NCBI GenBank assembly: GCA_946965045.2
Contig: OX337237.1
Coordinates: forward strand, 3,286,001-3,350,000
Source: Epithemia pelagica
Lineage: Eukaryota > Protista > Bacillariophyta
DNA: 64,000 bases
Direction of reading: 5' to 3'
Below the pieces are notes generated by a model. It worked only from the letters and a program-made list of their open reading frames with translations. It did no database searches and was not told the origin of the DNA. A program made the translations under genes and the position numbers. Of this stretch, positions 26,414 through 38,500 are shown in pieces (position 1 is the first letter of the stretch; every line of letters begins with the position of its first letter).

Positions 26414-29400
26414 GAGAGGAGTGAAACGAGGGACTTTCATGAGAGACGTTCGGAGAAACTTTCAAAAAATAGACTGACATTCGGACAGACCATCCAGTGA
26501 CCGTCCATGTCTCCATTACTGACTTTTCTTAAATAAAATGACCCTAGTTGTCTTGTCAGTGCCACTTCAACTACATTCCCCAGTTTAACCCTATCCCTAA
26601 AAACGAAAGTTTCCCCGAATGTCTCTCATTTCGCTCTGAAGCCTTGAAAAAGTGAAATGAAAGACTTTCGGATAGCTTTTTGAGAGACGTTCGGAGTTTT
26701 AGGATAGCTTTTTGAGAGACGTTCAGGAAAACTTTTGATCAATGTACACTACTATACTAATGAACCCAACCAGCAACGAATTGTGGGCACAATACTAATG
26801 ACTCCCTACTCGTATACGTAAATGTAGAGATTATTAACATTTTAGTCTTGGTTTCTCATCTAATTGAATCTATTCATTGCTAAGTATATAACATTGGAAT
26901 ACGACTATTTAGCATTTCTTATTCTGTCCATGCTTTTTGCCATGATTGCAGCTAAATTGTCGCTAATCATTAGCGATCATCCTAGCAGACCGCATCTCCT
27001 TGCTTAGTTTCCATGCATGACATTGTCATAATTTCCGTTTACTTGGAAAGCGAGTCGAAGACTATAATCTTATTATTTTCTTTAACACATTCAGTTTTTA
27101 GTATCCACCGCTAATTCTGATATATCTGGTTGAAACTTGGGGCACAGTGAGGAGGAGGGATAACCGTGAGTTGGTACGGTGGTAGTGCTAAGGTCTAAGG
27201 GAGAAATATCTATCTATTGTAGATTCTAGCCTTGGAATGAGTGGTTTGTGCCCCTTGGAGTGTTGAATCGGTACACTGTTGCACTACGTCCAGCTGCCCT
27301 TAGGCGGTGACGCGACATAAGTAGAAATTCTTTTCTTCACACTACCTACGGTGACGAGCTACCTTGTCAGATACAATTATATCTTAGTTAGCTGGTCCTT
27401 TGTTTGTGGGTCAGGCGGTTCGCGCTAAGTCCTGATATCGCCACCTGATTGGTAAGGGAGGGGGATAACCACAACTCTGGACGAGAGGAGAATTTTCCAC
27501 TATTATTTAACTTTTATTTGAGCTCACCCAAAATACATACACAAACAAAATTTTAAATAATGACATCGAAACAAGGAGCAATGGAGCAAAATGATGAGAC
27601 TCAACAAAATATCAGTTCTTTCAACAATGGCCCAGATACTAACAACAATAGCCCGAATACAACGACAAACAGCAAACAGGATAACACAACAAAAACCATA
27701 CGGGTCGAAAATACGACCAATTACCCAAACAATAACTCTCGAGATTCCTTATACCAACAAATAGGCTCGATGCTACAGAAATTCAGTGAGACAGAAGGAT
27801 TGCCTATCTCCCTACCATCTAAGGATTTACTACATTCTATTATCTCTACCAATACCATGCTTGAAATGGAACATAGTCTTCAGAAGCATTCTCGTTTGGT
27901 ACAGAAATTTAGTACTATCATGCCGCACACAACGACTACATGCCCCGGACAACATCCCAGCACTCACCCAATCACATTGCCTTCCACTCCCAGAGAAAAA
28001 CCAACCACGTACCCTATCACAATGCCTTCAGTTACAAGAGAAATCCCAACCACAGACCCAATCACGTTGCCAGTAGACCACAAGGAACTAGATGATTCAG
28101 ACATGACAGAACCACAACAAATTCAACAAGATCCTTCCCACCAAATCCATTTGTCTCCCATCCAACCAGACATTGTTACCAATTCTCTTGCTTCTGACGT
28201 CCATGATCATCTTACATGGCCAAACAATGACATTGAATTTGACGTAAACAGAATTGATCTTCCAGACAATCAGCGACCAAGTTTTGGATATGCATTCTTT
28301 CACTTACACACAAAGAAAAAGTCACCAGCTGCTAGTGTCAAAACATATTACTGCCTCGGTGTGTATACGTGTCCTGATAAATCTTGTCATTTTACACAAA
28401 GACCAACCAAACCCAAAAATATGACTAGAGGTGGACAACCTCCTCTTCCAAAATACCGATGTCCAATCCATCCATCTCATACTTTGAAATGGATTCCCTG
28501 CAGAGGAGGTGAAAGTGCTAACAGTGCCACGCGCAAGTACATGAAAGATTCACCGTGTGTTCTAATTTCCACAAGCATTCAAGGTGATTCCACTATTTCA
28601 TTTTAACACTTTGGACAACATCATCATCCACGACCACCCAAATTACAACCCTCTATACAAGCTCTTTCAATGCTCTCAGATATTGTGAAAAAAATCCGCA
28701 TGCTGGTCCCCAACAGCTGCGTCTTGGGGATGAAACAAGAGAACCTGTAGACAACTTAGATGAATCATTTGCCAATAAACAACGACTAAAGTATCACAGG
28801 AACAAGATTTTAGCTCAAACACGGAAACCTCATGGAATACATGGAAGTATTGGTGCTCTTCTGCAAATGTCCAGAGATCTTGAAAAACTAAACCCACCTG
28901 TCACTTCTTTTCTTACTAAGGTAGAGCTGGTGAAACACGATGAGGCTATAATAACATTGCAGACTGACTATATGAGAGAGGTATTAAGAGAAGCATCTTG
29001 TGGACTACAGACCGACACTGTTGAGGGTGTTGTACATGATCCCGAGTACAATGGTTCCATAGATATTCACATTACTTCGAGCTTTGATTTTATCCTAGAA
29101 CGTTGGGTACCAGTTCTTATTTCATTCATATTCGGCCGTACCAAAAAACACTATGCATTGCACTGGAAAAGCTTGTTTGAAAGTTACGGTGAGGAAACAA
29201 ATAGCAGCTGGGACAGCTTTTCTGCAGCGTTTCCTGGAGTCACAATAGATTGGTCTGATGCTCTTCGATTCTCGTTTCAGGAAGTCTTACTGGAACACGC
29301 AACAAAGACTTTAAAGCACCCAAATGTTGAAAAAGATGACCTATATTCCTATTTAAGAAGCTGCAATGTTCATTTCCAGAGATCAGTAATGCGAATTGAA

Positions 29401-31444
29401 AGGAATGGTGCTGTTGTACCACCAGCAATGACATCACGCTTTAAGGGAATTGTTGACATGATGACGTCTCAGACCACCACCTTCCATGAATTTTCTCGTG
29501 CTTGTAGAGAAATGGCGTCTGAATTTCCAAAGGTGTCCCCATGGTTACAATGGTATTTGCACCCAGAACGAGCATCTGGATTCTTCCCTGCCTGTCAAAA
29601 ATTCACCAAAGAAGAGAAATCAAGATTCTCGAGGCTTTCTACCTCGACAAATGCACAGGAAAATGTCGGAAAACAGTTTCAATACTTGTTCATGAACAAA
29701 AACAGAAAGATGGGTGTCAATGAGTCCATTCTTGCAGCGTTCAAGTTTGTCAACAGATTCAAACTTGATCGAAGACTTACAGCCAGAGGTATGAGTACAG
29801 CGTATGCTCAATACCCACGGTTGGCTACTCCAAGGAAAAAAAGACACGTCAAGAATGATGGTCGAGCACCAGATACTAACAAAAGTCTGAGGATAGAAAA
29901 AAAACAAAAGAAGCTTGATTTACAGAACATCCCAGATGAATTTGTTCCATCAGATGAACAAGAGAGCAGAGACAAGAATGAGAAAACAAGTGTGCCACAA
30001 ACCAAAGAAGATAGCGACAACAACCAGAAACCAAATCCAGCCAGTACTCCTCCAGAAAACCGCATTGAACAGAGCAATTATCAAGACACTCTCAGTGTGA
30101 ATGATATGATTTACCATAGTCGGGTCGGTATTGATGTTGTCAAAGACTTGAGAGTCGAATCACACAGGTCAAGGATTGTCGAAGTGAGAGCACTTCCTGA
30201 TGACTCCTTTGATGACGACGACGATGTCATCATTGTGGAGACAGTTCTTGGCTGTCTTGGTCTACAAAGTGATGCAGTTGTATCCAAAAAACCAAACTCC
30301 AGAGGAAAGGCAATAAAATACTTTACTTTAATTCCGGGAGTAGACGAGACTCCTATTAGTCAGACTTCGTTGTTCAGAGCTGCTGCACATGCAGCAGAAG
30401 AGATGGAACAGGAAGCATCGAGATTCAGTTTAAATGGTTGATACTGATGAATCAGCAATTTAATGGGAAAAGCTATTGGAAATGGATAATGTGGTGAGAT
30501 ACCAGCACACGACAAACACAACGAGCATGTCAAAGTCGTTGAGGCAACTGTCCCAAGAAATATCAGGAAGAAAAGAAAAGAAAAATACTGACAAGAAACA
30601 AAGTAACTCAGAACAAATGACTATTTCTCACTGGAGAAGTAATCAACCAAAGAGTGCATCAAAACAACGAATCCCAAAAGGGTTCTCCCTTCGACAAAAG
30701 GTACCATCACGTGGCAGACGAGCAAAATGTGCAGGCTGCGACAAATTGATTGCTTACGTAGATTGTTGCATCAGGCACAGGTACAGGAAAGTAGAACAAT
30801 TTGAATATGATGATGTTAAAAATTACCATTGTCGAGCAAAGTGCTTGGTGAAGATGAAGCCCGAACATCTTGTCATGTTTGTGGACAAGAAATGGATTGA
30901 GCCAGATGTTGTTCGCGTTGTGAAAGAAATTCAACATTTGTGCAAGAAAGTTTAGGAAGGAAAAATCAATTGTGTGTGCAGCAGTAACTAGTTATATGAA
31001 TTTTCTATAGTACCAATCATTTCTATGTGATGTTTATCAAATAAGTTTTGAATTATGAAAAATAGGAACACTCAAAGTCAGATGCGCAGTGCTGGGACAT
31101 AAGATTGGTAAACCAGAGTTCCCCACTCTACATCCGCAAGCAATGTGCATATGTCTTTAGGATAAATTGTTTGGAATCGTCATTGTGATAAAAACTGGGG
31201 CTCGTCTAGATTGACAAAGCGTGGTGAAGGTGCTCGTATGCCTAGCTGGGGTAGAGTTTTAGGACTTTCCTTGGCGCTCTAAATGGACCAGAAGAGGGGC
31301 TATACGTCTGTCCATTGCTGGTATCCGGCCCTATTATAGTAATGTAAAAACAATGCCCAAAGAAAATTCTCGTAGCGTAAAAAAACTATTTATCCGAAAG
31401 TCCTTCTGAATGTCCCTCTAAAAGTCCCTCATTTCACTATTCCC
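26414..31444 (+). mobile_element. Mutator-like (MULE) DNA transposon, 5031 bp, decayed autonomous element
   Basis: 9-bp TSD GGCAAGATC at 26405-26413 and 31445-31453. Imperfect ~55-bp TIRs (GAGAGGAGTGAAACGAGGGACTTTC.. vs revcomp GGGAATAGTGAAATGAGGGACTTTT..). Internal DDE transposase. Confidence 0.88.
27560..30955 (+). pseudogene. MULE transposase pseudogene: GCM-like Zn domain, DDE core, and C-terminal PARP-like Zn finger; interrupted by TAA 28604, a -1 frameshift at A7 28688-28694, a +1 frameshift near 30437 and TAA 30461
   Basis: YYCLGVYTCP..RP..CPIHP..LKWIPCRG..F*HFGQHHHPRP (GCM-like). Core motifs LQTD, TIDWS, CNVHF and TNAQE (D, D, CxxH, E). C-terminal KCAGCDKLI..YHCRAKC. Confidence 0.8.
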
Positions 31445-33569
31445 GGCAAGATCAATCCACACGGTTCCCGACGCGACGTCGTCGATCCTATCACAGACTA
31501 TGGGATAAAAGGTAGTACTGTAGACTGAAAATGTAGCGGTCGCTCTTAGATCGCCCGCATCCAGACCCTTCGTCAGTAGGACTGGCGTGCTGCTTCCGTG
31601 TTCCCGACGCTTCGATTCGCGAGAAGAGAATAAGACGGTCGGATTTTCCAGTAATAGGTAGGTAGACTACCATATAATGTCATTGGTACAGATCGTTTGG
31701 TGTGGTTGAGGCACTCCAAGGATCATGTCCAAGATGACAACAAGAGGAATGCATGGGAAGGTGTCGGAACCATCGTGAAGGATCGTTCTCTACTAGAACG
31801 CCCTTTAAGTGCAGTCATGGTATATACTGTGGGCAAGTTGGTTCCCTCTGTCTGCTACGGGAGAGAGAAGCCGTCCAGTTGTCGCCAAATCGAGTTCCCA
31901 CCGCACGTCTGTGCGATCTAGACGAGAATGAGTACCGTTGAATGTTGGTTGGTTGACGTTTCGTACTATCCAGATTGCGTGTTTCGTGGGTGAAAAAAGG
32001 CAGGGCGGTTGGCAGTTCCTTTTTCTCGACAGGACAGTGTGACACTCTGGAGAGTGTGACTGTTTCCTAGGGTGATATTTTGGGGAACGTCCCTGAGGGT
32101 CTACGACAATTTGCTTAGTCCATGTCGCTGTCTTTATTCTTTACAAACCATGACTTTACCTCAAGTGTCACTGTTCGAGAGTTGTCTCAATCATAGAGAT
32201 TCGAGAATTGTCCCAAAATTTCAACGAGGCAAACCAAAGCATCTACGGAGTAGCATGAATCAAATTGGACACTATCGTACGTTGCTAGAGCAGTTATAGG
32301 TTCTTACCGCATGACATGTGGATGGTTCTTATTCATTCGAATACACCATTATTAGAATACAAAATAGTGCGAGAAATAAGATCTTTGTGATCGTGACCGG
32401 CAATAGACGGAAGTCAACTTTGGTATGGAAGTCAGATGGGAGACAAGCTGGGAGTCTACTAGGCCGGAATGCTGTTAGCTTCCACGACACAAGACAAACA
32501 GATGACGATGAATAGGATAACAACAATAACATTCGTAGAATCATAATTTTTGGGGAAGGCCAGTCCAGAAATGATCTTAGATGATTCGAAGTGAAAGAGA
32601 TTGCTCAAGACAACAATCGCTCTCTATCGAAGTGTGTTGTGTGTCTCTCTATGGAATGCCTTGGAGTGTTCCCACTCGATCCTGGACTTTCCCCATCACC
32701 ACACAAACAACAACAGAATCTCTCGATGTTGCTACAACCTTCCTAGTTCGCCCGAGTCGTTATTTTCTCTCGTCTTTGTGCGTCACCTTTGCCATTCTAC
32801 AAAAGTATATGAGCAAAAGGAGGCAATCCAAGCCCATGCCAACCAAGGAGGTTGCCGGAACCGTCGTGAAGGATCATTGCTCTCTCTCTCTCTTGTTTCT
32901 TCTGGTTGCTCCATTGGCCAAGTACATGTACTTTCTCTGCCTGATTTGTCGAGAGTCGTGCCGGATGGTACGATGATACACTGCGACCAACTAGGTATAC
33001 TAGCAACAAGGAATGGCCCAACTCTCTTTCATGGTCATGCAACGAATCAGACTTGCAAAGCTGGCTCAAAAGGACCAAGCGACTGGAGGCATGCGCCGAC
33101 GGCCATGAGGGTCGACACGGGATCTGGCACTCTTCTTGTTGTTGTTGTTGTTGTTGAAGAAGAAGAAGAAGAAGACTCATGGTCCATGCCACAACATGGG
33201 ACCTGAAGCAATCGATGACGACAAGTCCGAGCGGACAATGTGGCACATGGATACGAATGCTCTTGTTCCGTACCGAATTCTGCATCCGAACGGATCGAAT
33301 GACGCGCATGGTCAAGGAGGTACTTTCCTTATCCATTGTTCATGAAAGTCCATCACCAAAGACGATTTCTACTCCACGGCTTGCGTAGTATGCAGCTTTC
33401 ATGATGAACACACAACAAGCTTCAAAGAGAGAAGGTAGTCCTTGTGTTCTCGCGCAACAAGAGGTTTCAGTCCACTTGTGCGTGTTTGTCAGTCGTTTCC
33501 GACTCGCGCGTCGCTTTCCATTCACGCTTGTTTTAGAAATGTGGCCTCTCGAATCGGGTTCCTTCGTTC

Positions 33570-34370
33570 CGTTGGCATCATTTTCACGGACCACAAACAC
33601 TCGCACGTATGGCATTTCGAATCGTCGCAAGGCGCCAATCTTGACGGTTTCATGGAATCATTGTGGGTCTCCCCAGACCCCACCACGCTCGCACGACGGC
33701 TCTTTCTATAGTTTCGGCAAAGAACCAATCAGTTGTACTTCAATCATGCCTTTTTCGTAGTCCCTCCATGCGTTCCAATTCCTCGAGTCTCATCATCATT
33801 CTTGAGAGTTTGGCATCCTGTCCCCCGACCACACACAACCCTCGTAGGTTGGGTCTTTTTATTGTCGACCAGGCGACACTCTTCACAGGTTAGAAGAATC
33901 CTATTGGTGGGCCTCTCCTGGCGACGCACAAGGCTCGCACGTGAAGTCTTTTTAGTACCGGCACGGCGGCATGCTTCACACGGTCTTGTGAATCATTGTG
34001 GGTCTCCCCAGACGACACCACGCTCGCACTTCGGGTCTTTTTATGGTCGGCAAGGCGACAATCCTGTGTGTCTACTGCAATCATGGCTTTGTTCCCTCCA
34101 TGGTTGGCAATTCGAGAGTTTCATTTTGGAGTTTGGCAGCATGTCCCCTGGTCCCGCTTGCACGTGTCGGACCTTTTTGGTGTGGTATTGGACGTTGGGT
34201 TATTTAGTGTCGACAAGGCGACAATCTTCACGGTTTTATAGAATTTGGTGGGTCTCCCCCGACGACTAAACGCTCACGCACGTTGGGTCTTTGTCGTGTC
34301 GGCTAAGCAACAATCGTTACGGTTTCGAGAATCATGGTTCCTTTGGGCATTTGGTGTGTTCCTGCCCGCG
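33570..34370. repeat. Degenerate ~85-bp tandem repeat with higher-order (~250-335 bp) structure
   Basis: Recurring GAATCATTGTGGGTCTCCCC(A/C)GAC..CACGCTCGCAC..GTCTTTTT..GTCGGCAAGGCGACAATC at ~33656, 33896, 33990 and 34241, with partial units at ~33585, 33812 and 34136. Confidence 0.7.
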
Positions 34371-35555
34371 ACGACATGCCTGGCAGTTCTGTCTTGCATC
34401 AACATTACGTGTGAGGCAAGAGGGGGATGCGCATGGTGTGGTGCGAAAGACAGGGGGAAAAGGCCCATTTGAGCAGTTTGCCCAATCAGGAGAAGCAACA
34501 ATCGAGCTGAATAATGGATCCTGGAAGCCGACAAGATTCGAAAACAAGAAAAGAGAGTCTTTAAAACGCTGCAACTACCGAGGTAGATGCCATTGCGTGG
34601 AGCAAGGGTCCGTTCGGACGTTTTTTTTTTGGTACATCGCGGAATTGACAGTCGGTTGTGGAGGTCATCATGATGTGGCAGGAAGAGGCTCAGACGGCTC
34701 GCCGTGTCGCGTATGCCGTTCTTTTAATCTTGATTACCTTAAGTAAAAGTGGGGACACTTATTGGATGGGCAATGGTGGGAGGATTGTTGGACCGGCTTG
34801 CGAAATCGAGCGAGGCGAGACTCTCGAGGAACGTAGAGGTGCAAAGTCGCTCATCATCTCTCGGTCTCTCATGGCGAACATGATCGGGGTCGTCCCCTTG
34901 CTTGTCTACTACTGGAGGTAGCTCTAGTAGAATAGAGCCAGGTAGAGAGTGTCGTCCATCCACATAAACCATGGGACGACCAACTCATGCGTTGCAACCC
35001 AAAACACGTGCGATGGATCGGAAACACTCTTGTTGTTGCTTGTGTCCTGTGAGTCACTTGGACGAACTTTAAAGAGTGCAGAAAAGCGAACAGGAGAAGC
35101 AGTTGCAGTCTGGCTGGTGCTCATCTCTTTCCTCTCTCTTTAAGTATCGATATGGCGATCAATGGGTGAAACTGAGGAAGGAGTGGTGGTGGACTTGGCA
35201 GTCCTTTCATTGAGGAGCAATCTCTCGTCCCCTTGTGTTGCATCCCACACCTTGTGTCTGCCCATGGCTCTTTGCTCTACCTACTAGATGAAATGAGTTC
35301 TTGGTTGGATATATTCATACCATCCATTTCAGTGACAGCAACCGTTGGCGTTGTGGGTAGGTCAGATTCTATTCTGAGATGTAGTAGAGTGAGTGTATGG
35401 TTGATGTAATAGCATCTATTCTCGTGTTTTCCCGTGGTTTTGTGGTAACTTTGGCATGTTGCTAGCGAACAGCGATTTGGAGTGCAGCCATGGATAGATT
35501 CTCAAGTGTCAAATGTGTGATTGCACACACACACACACTGCAGCGCCAACTACAA

Positions 35556-38500
35556 CTAATAGTTGTCCAATCCTCGTGGTCGCAAATGAATGACACGGCG
35601 TGGTTCCGGAAAGGGTGTCTTGGTGAACATGTTTCGAGCCTCGCTGTGACTCACGTCCCGATTCGTCGATTCTCCTCCTCCCACTTCGGCCGTGGCCAGC
35701 ATGAGGTCTGCCGAACGAAAGTCGTCCATGGAATAATCCATTTCATGCAAATGGGTGCCTCCTTCGCCGCCAGTAGCAGCACCGGTCGTGGGTCTCTTGA
35801 TGCTAGTACTGGCAAAGGCAAAGGAATCTCGGACCTTGGCACCCACACGACGAATAAAGGTTTTGCGCATGGAAAGAGACGGAGTAAACTTGTGCAACAA
35901 GGCTACCAAAAACACTTTGCTCTGCAATACCATCAAGGGCACTTCCAATCCATGGAGGGGAAGGAATCCATGACTGTATATAGAGAGAGAACGTGGGTAG
36001 GGTGAGTGGAGGACCTGCTCTCTCATTGCACAACAAGTGGGGTCATTTGAGGGCACTTACAGTTCGACACAGGGATATCGCCGTCCCAAGAGTTCGGGCT
36101 TTTTCCCCACGGCACCACGGATATCAAACTTGAGTTCTGTGGCTTGACAAAAGAAAATATTGGTCCCCTTGGGAATTTGAACCCCTTCGACCACCATTTC
36201 CACCGTTTCCGTCGTTTTCTTCATACCACCCAAATTGGCGGGACACAATCGAATGGCTTCGTAGAGGAGGGCGTCAAGGTATTTCATGCGACTCAAGGCG
36301 GCCGGGGTATAGAGCGGACTCGTGCCTCCCACACCACCACCAAACTCGTGTTGCAAGTCATCCAATTCTTGTTGGACCAACAGACAGGCCTCACGGTCGG
36401 TACTGAGTAGACTCAATGCCATGGCCGTATAGGCATTGCCAGCATCCATCATCATCCAAATCAAGAGTGACAATTCCATGGCCACGACTTGGGAAATCCC
36501 ATTGCCGGCCAAATCGTGTTGCCGCATAATGCGTTCCAACAAAGGAATGACTCGTTGGGTTTGTCGGCGCTGGTCAAACTGGTCTGTTCCAGCAGTGGTA
36601 GCATTGGGAGGAGAGGGAGTTGCGGCGGTTGTGGCTGCCGTGATTTTGTTGGTCATTGTAGCTGTCGCTGTCCCCTCCATGGTGGTATTGGCACGAGCTC
36701 GGGTCACCGGTTCGGATGCCACAGTCTGAGCACCATCCGCTCCATTGACCTCATAGTCTGGTACTGCTGGTAGTTGTTGGTTCTTGTTTTGTTGTAGCAT
36801 ATATTTCGCCGACGAGACGGGAGACAAGGATTGTGGATCAAAGTCTTGTGCTGGCGTCGGTTGGTTCGGTGACGACACGTGAGGATTCCGAACAGCATTG
36901 TTTGACGCTTGTTGCTGCTGCTTGTTGTTGTTGTCCTTTTGTTGTGGATAGGCCGAAACGGATTGTTCCATTTCTTCCAACATTTGAACGGTACTGGTGG
37001 TACTTAACATATCAAAATCCGGTGATTCGGCATTGTATTGCCACGAATCTTGCGAGGATTGCGGATGGAGTTGTTGTAGTGTCTGCTGTGGTTGCTGTGT
37101 ATGACTGGTCACACTACTGGTGGTACTACGAGCCGATGCTCCCTGTTCCAAGAGTGACATCGTCGTTCGTGTCACAGGCTGCGGAGCGGAGGCAATCGAT
37201 AACATGTCTTGAACATCGGAGAGTTGCCGTTGTCGTTCCTCATCGTCCTTTCCCGTGTTGGTTGACTCTGCTCCTTTACCACTTGTGTCTCCGTTGGCTT
37301 TCTCTTCTTCCTCCTCCTCCTCGTCGCTACTCGTGCTTTTGCTCCATACCGGATACTGCATGGGAACGGGTGGAGGATGCGGTGGTTCCAAGCGGCGCAG
37401 AGACGTGGCCAAGGGTGGTGTCGGAGTCGTTCGTCGGACACCTTCCGTCCGATTGGACGGTGACATCAAGGAGGAGGGGGAACACGAAGACAGTGCATCT
37501 GCCGCCTGCGACAAAATGGAGGGTCGTGTCGCCGAGTTGGGTGGCGATCCAATGCCGACTGCAGGGCTACGTCCCAAGGACTGTGGAGATTGCTCTATAT
37601 CAGTACTGTTGTTGTTGCTGCTGCTGTGATTCTTTGGAGTTGGTGACGCTGTTGGGTCTTCTTGATGATAGGGGGCCATTTCCTTTTCCACTTGTGCCAT
37701 TTTCTTGCGAACCACAGTTCTCCATCCCACGGCACGGGCCGTTTCGGCCAGGGCTGGTTCATCTTTTTCTCCTGTGTGTGAGGCAGCGGGAGCACGTGAG
37801 GCGGTCAAGGACGATCGTGGTTCCGTCACTTGACAAGACGAAACTACCATGTCCAATTCTTGGAGAGCGGCAGCTCGAGACGCGGTTCGTGGTGAGATAT
37901 GTCCATTGGTGCCATTGCCTTGCTTGCCAATGTCAATCTCCTCCTCATCATCATCATCTTCTTCTTCAGGATAATAATCTTCATCTTCACTGGAATAATT
38001 CACATGCGGCGCCGACTGGGATCGTTGTCGATTCAAGTGCTGGGGTTTCTGCTTGATGGAAGAAGCAAATTGGGGTTGAATATGGGCATCGCCCCAAATG
38101 CCTTCGGTTTGTCGCAATCGATTGGCATGCATGGCCCAAATGGGAATGGGTTGCGTCGTGACATCGTGTTGGACATGTCCTTCCAAATGTCGAATGGTGG
38201 GATCCAGCGTGGCCAAATGGGCCACGTGTCGTTGCAAAATGGCTTCCAAATGCATGCGGGCATTCAAGGCTCGACCATACTCATTCAACATCCAAATGTA
38301 CATCCATTCTGGTCCAAACGTGGTTTTGATGACATCAATGCCATTTTTCATGCGTTCCATCCACAACAACATTAGATCGCGATCGACGGGCATTTCGCCC
38401 TTTTGACGACGACGACGACGGGGTGGTTTGGTCATGGTCTTGTTTGGTGGAGTTTGTTTCGTTGGGGTGCCATTGGTCGTTGTTGTCAGGGCTTGTTCAA

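Noticed and set aside
28688-28694. Programmed -1 ribosomal frameshift in the transposase
   Set aside because: An in-frame TAA lies upstream (28604) and further lesions lie downstream, so mutational decay is more parsimonious
32318-33336. Short peptide similarity between opposite-strand ORFs (IQNSARNK vs MQNSVRNK)
   Set aside because: Only about 8 residues match with no extension; likely chance or a repeat relic
33570-34370. Repeat array as a possible CRISPR
   Set aside because: Units are highly degenerate, the 'spacers' resemble each other, there are no cas genes, and the context is eukaryotic
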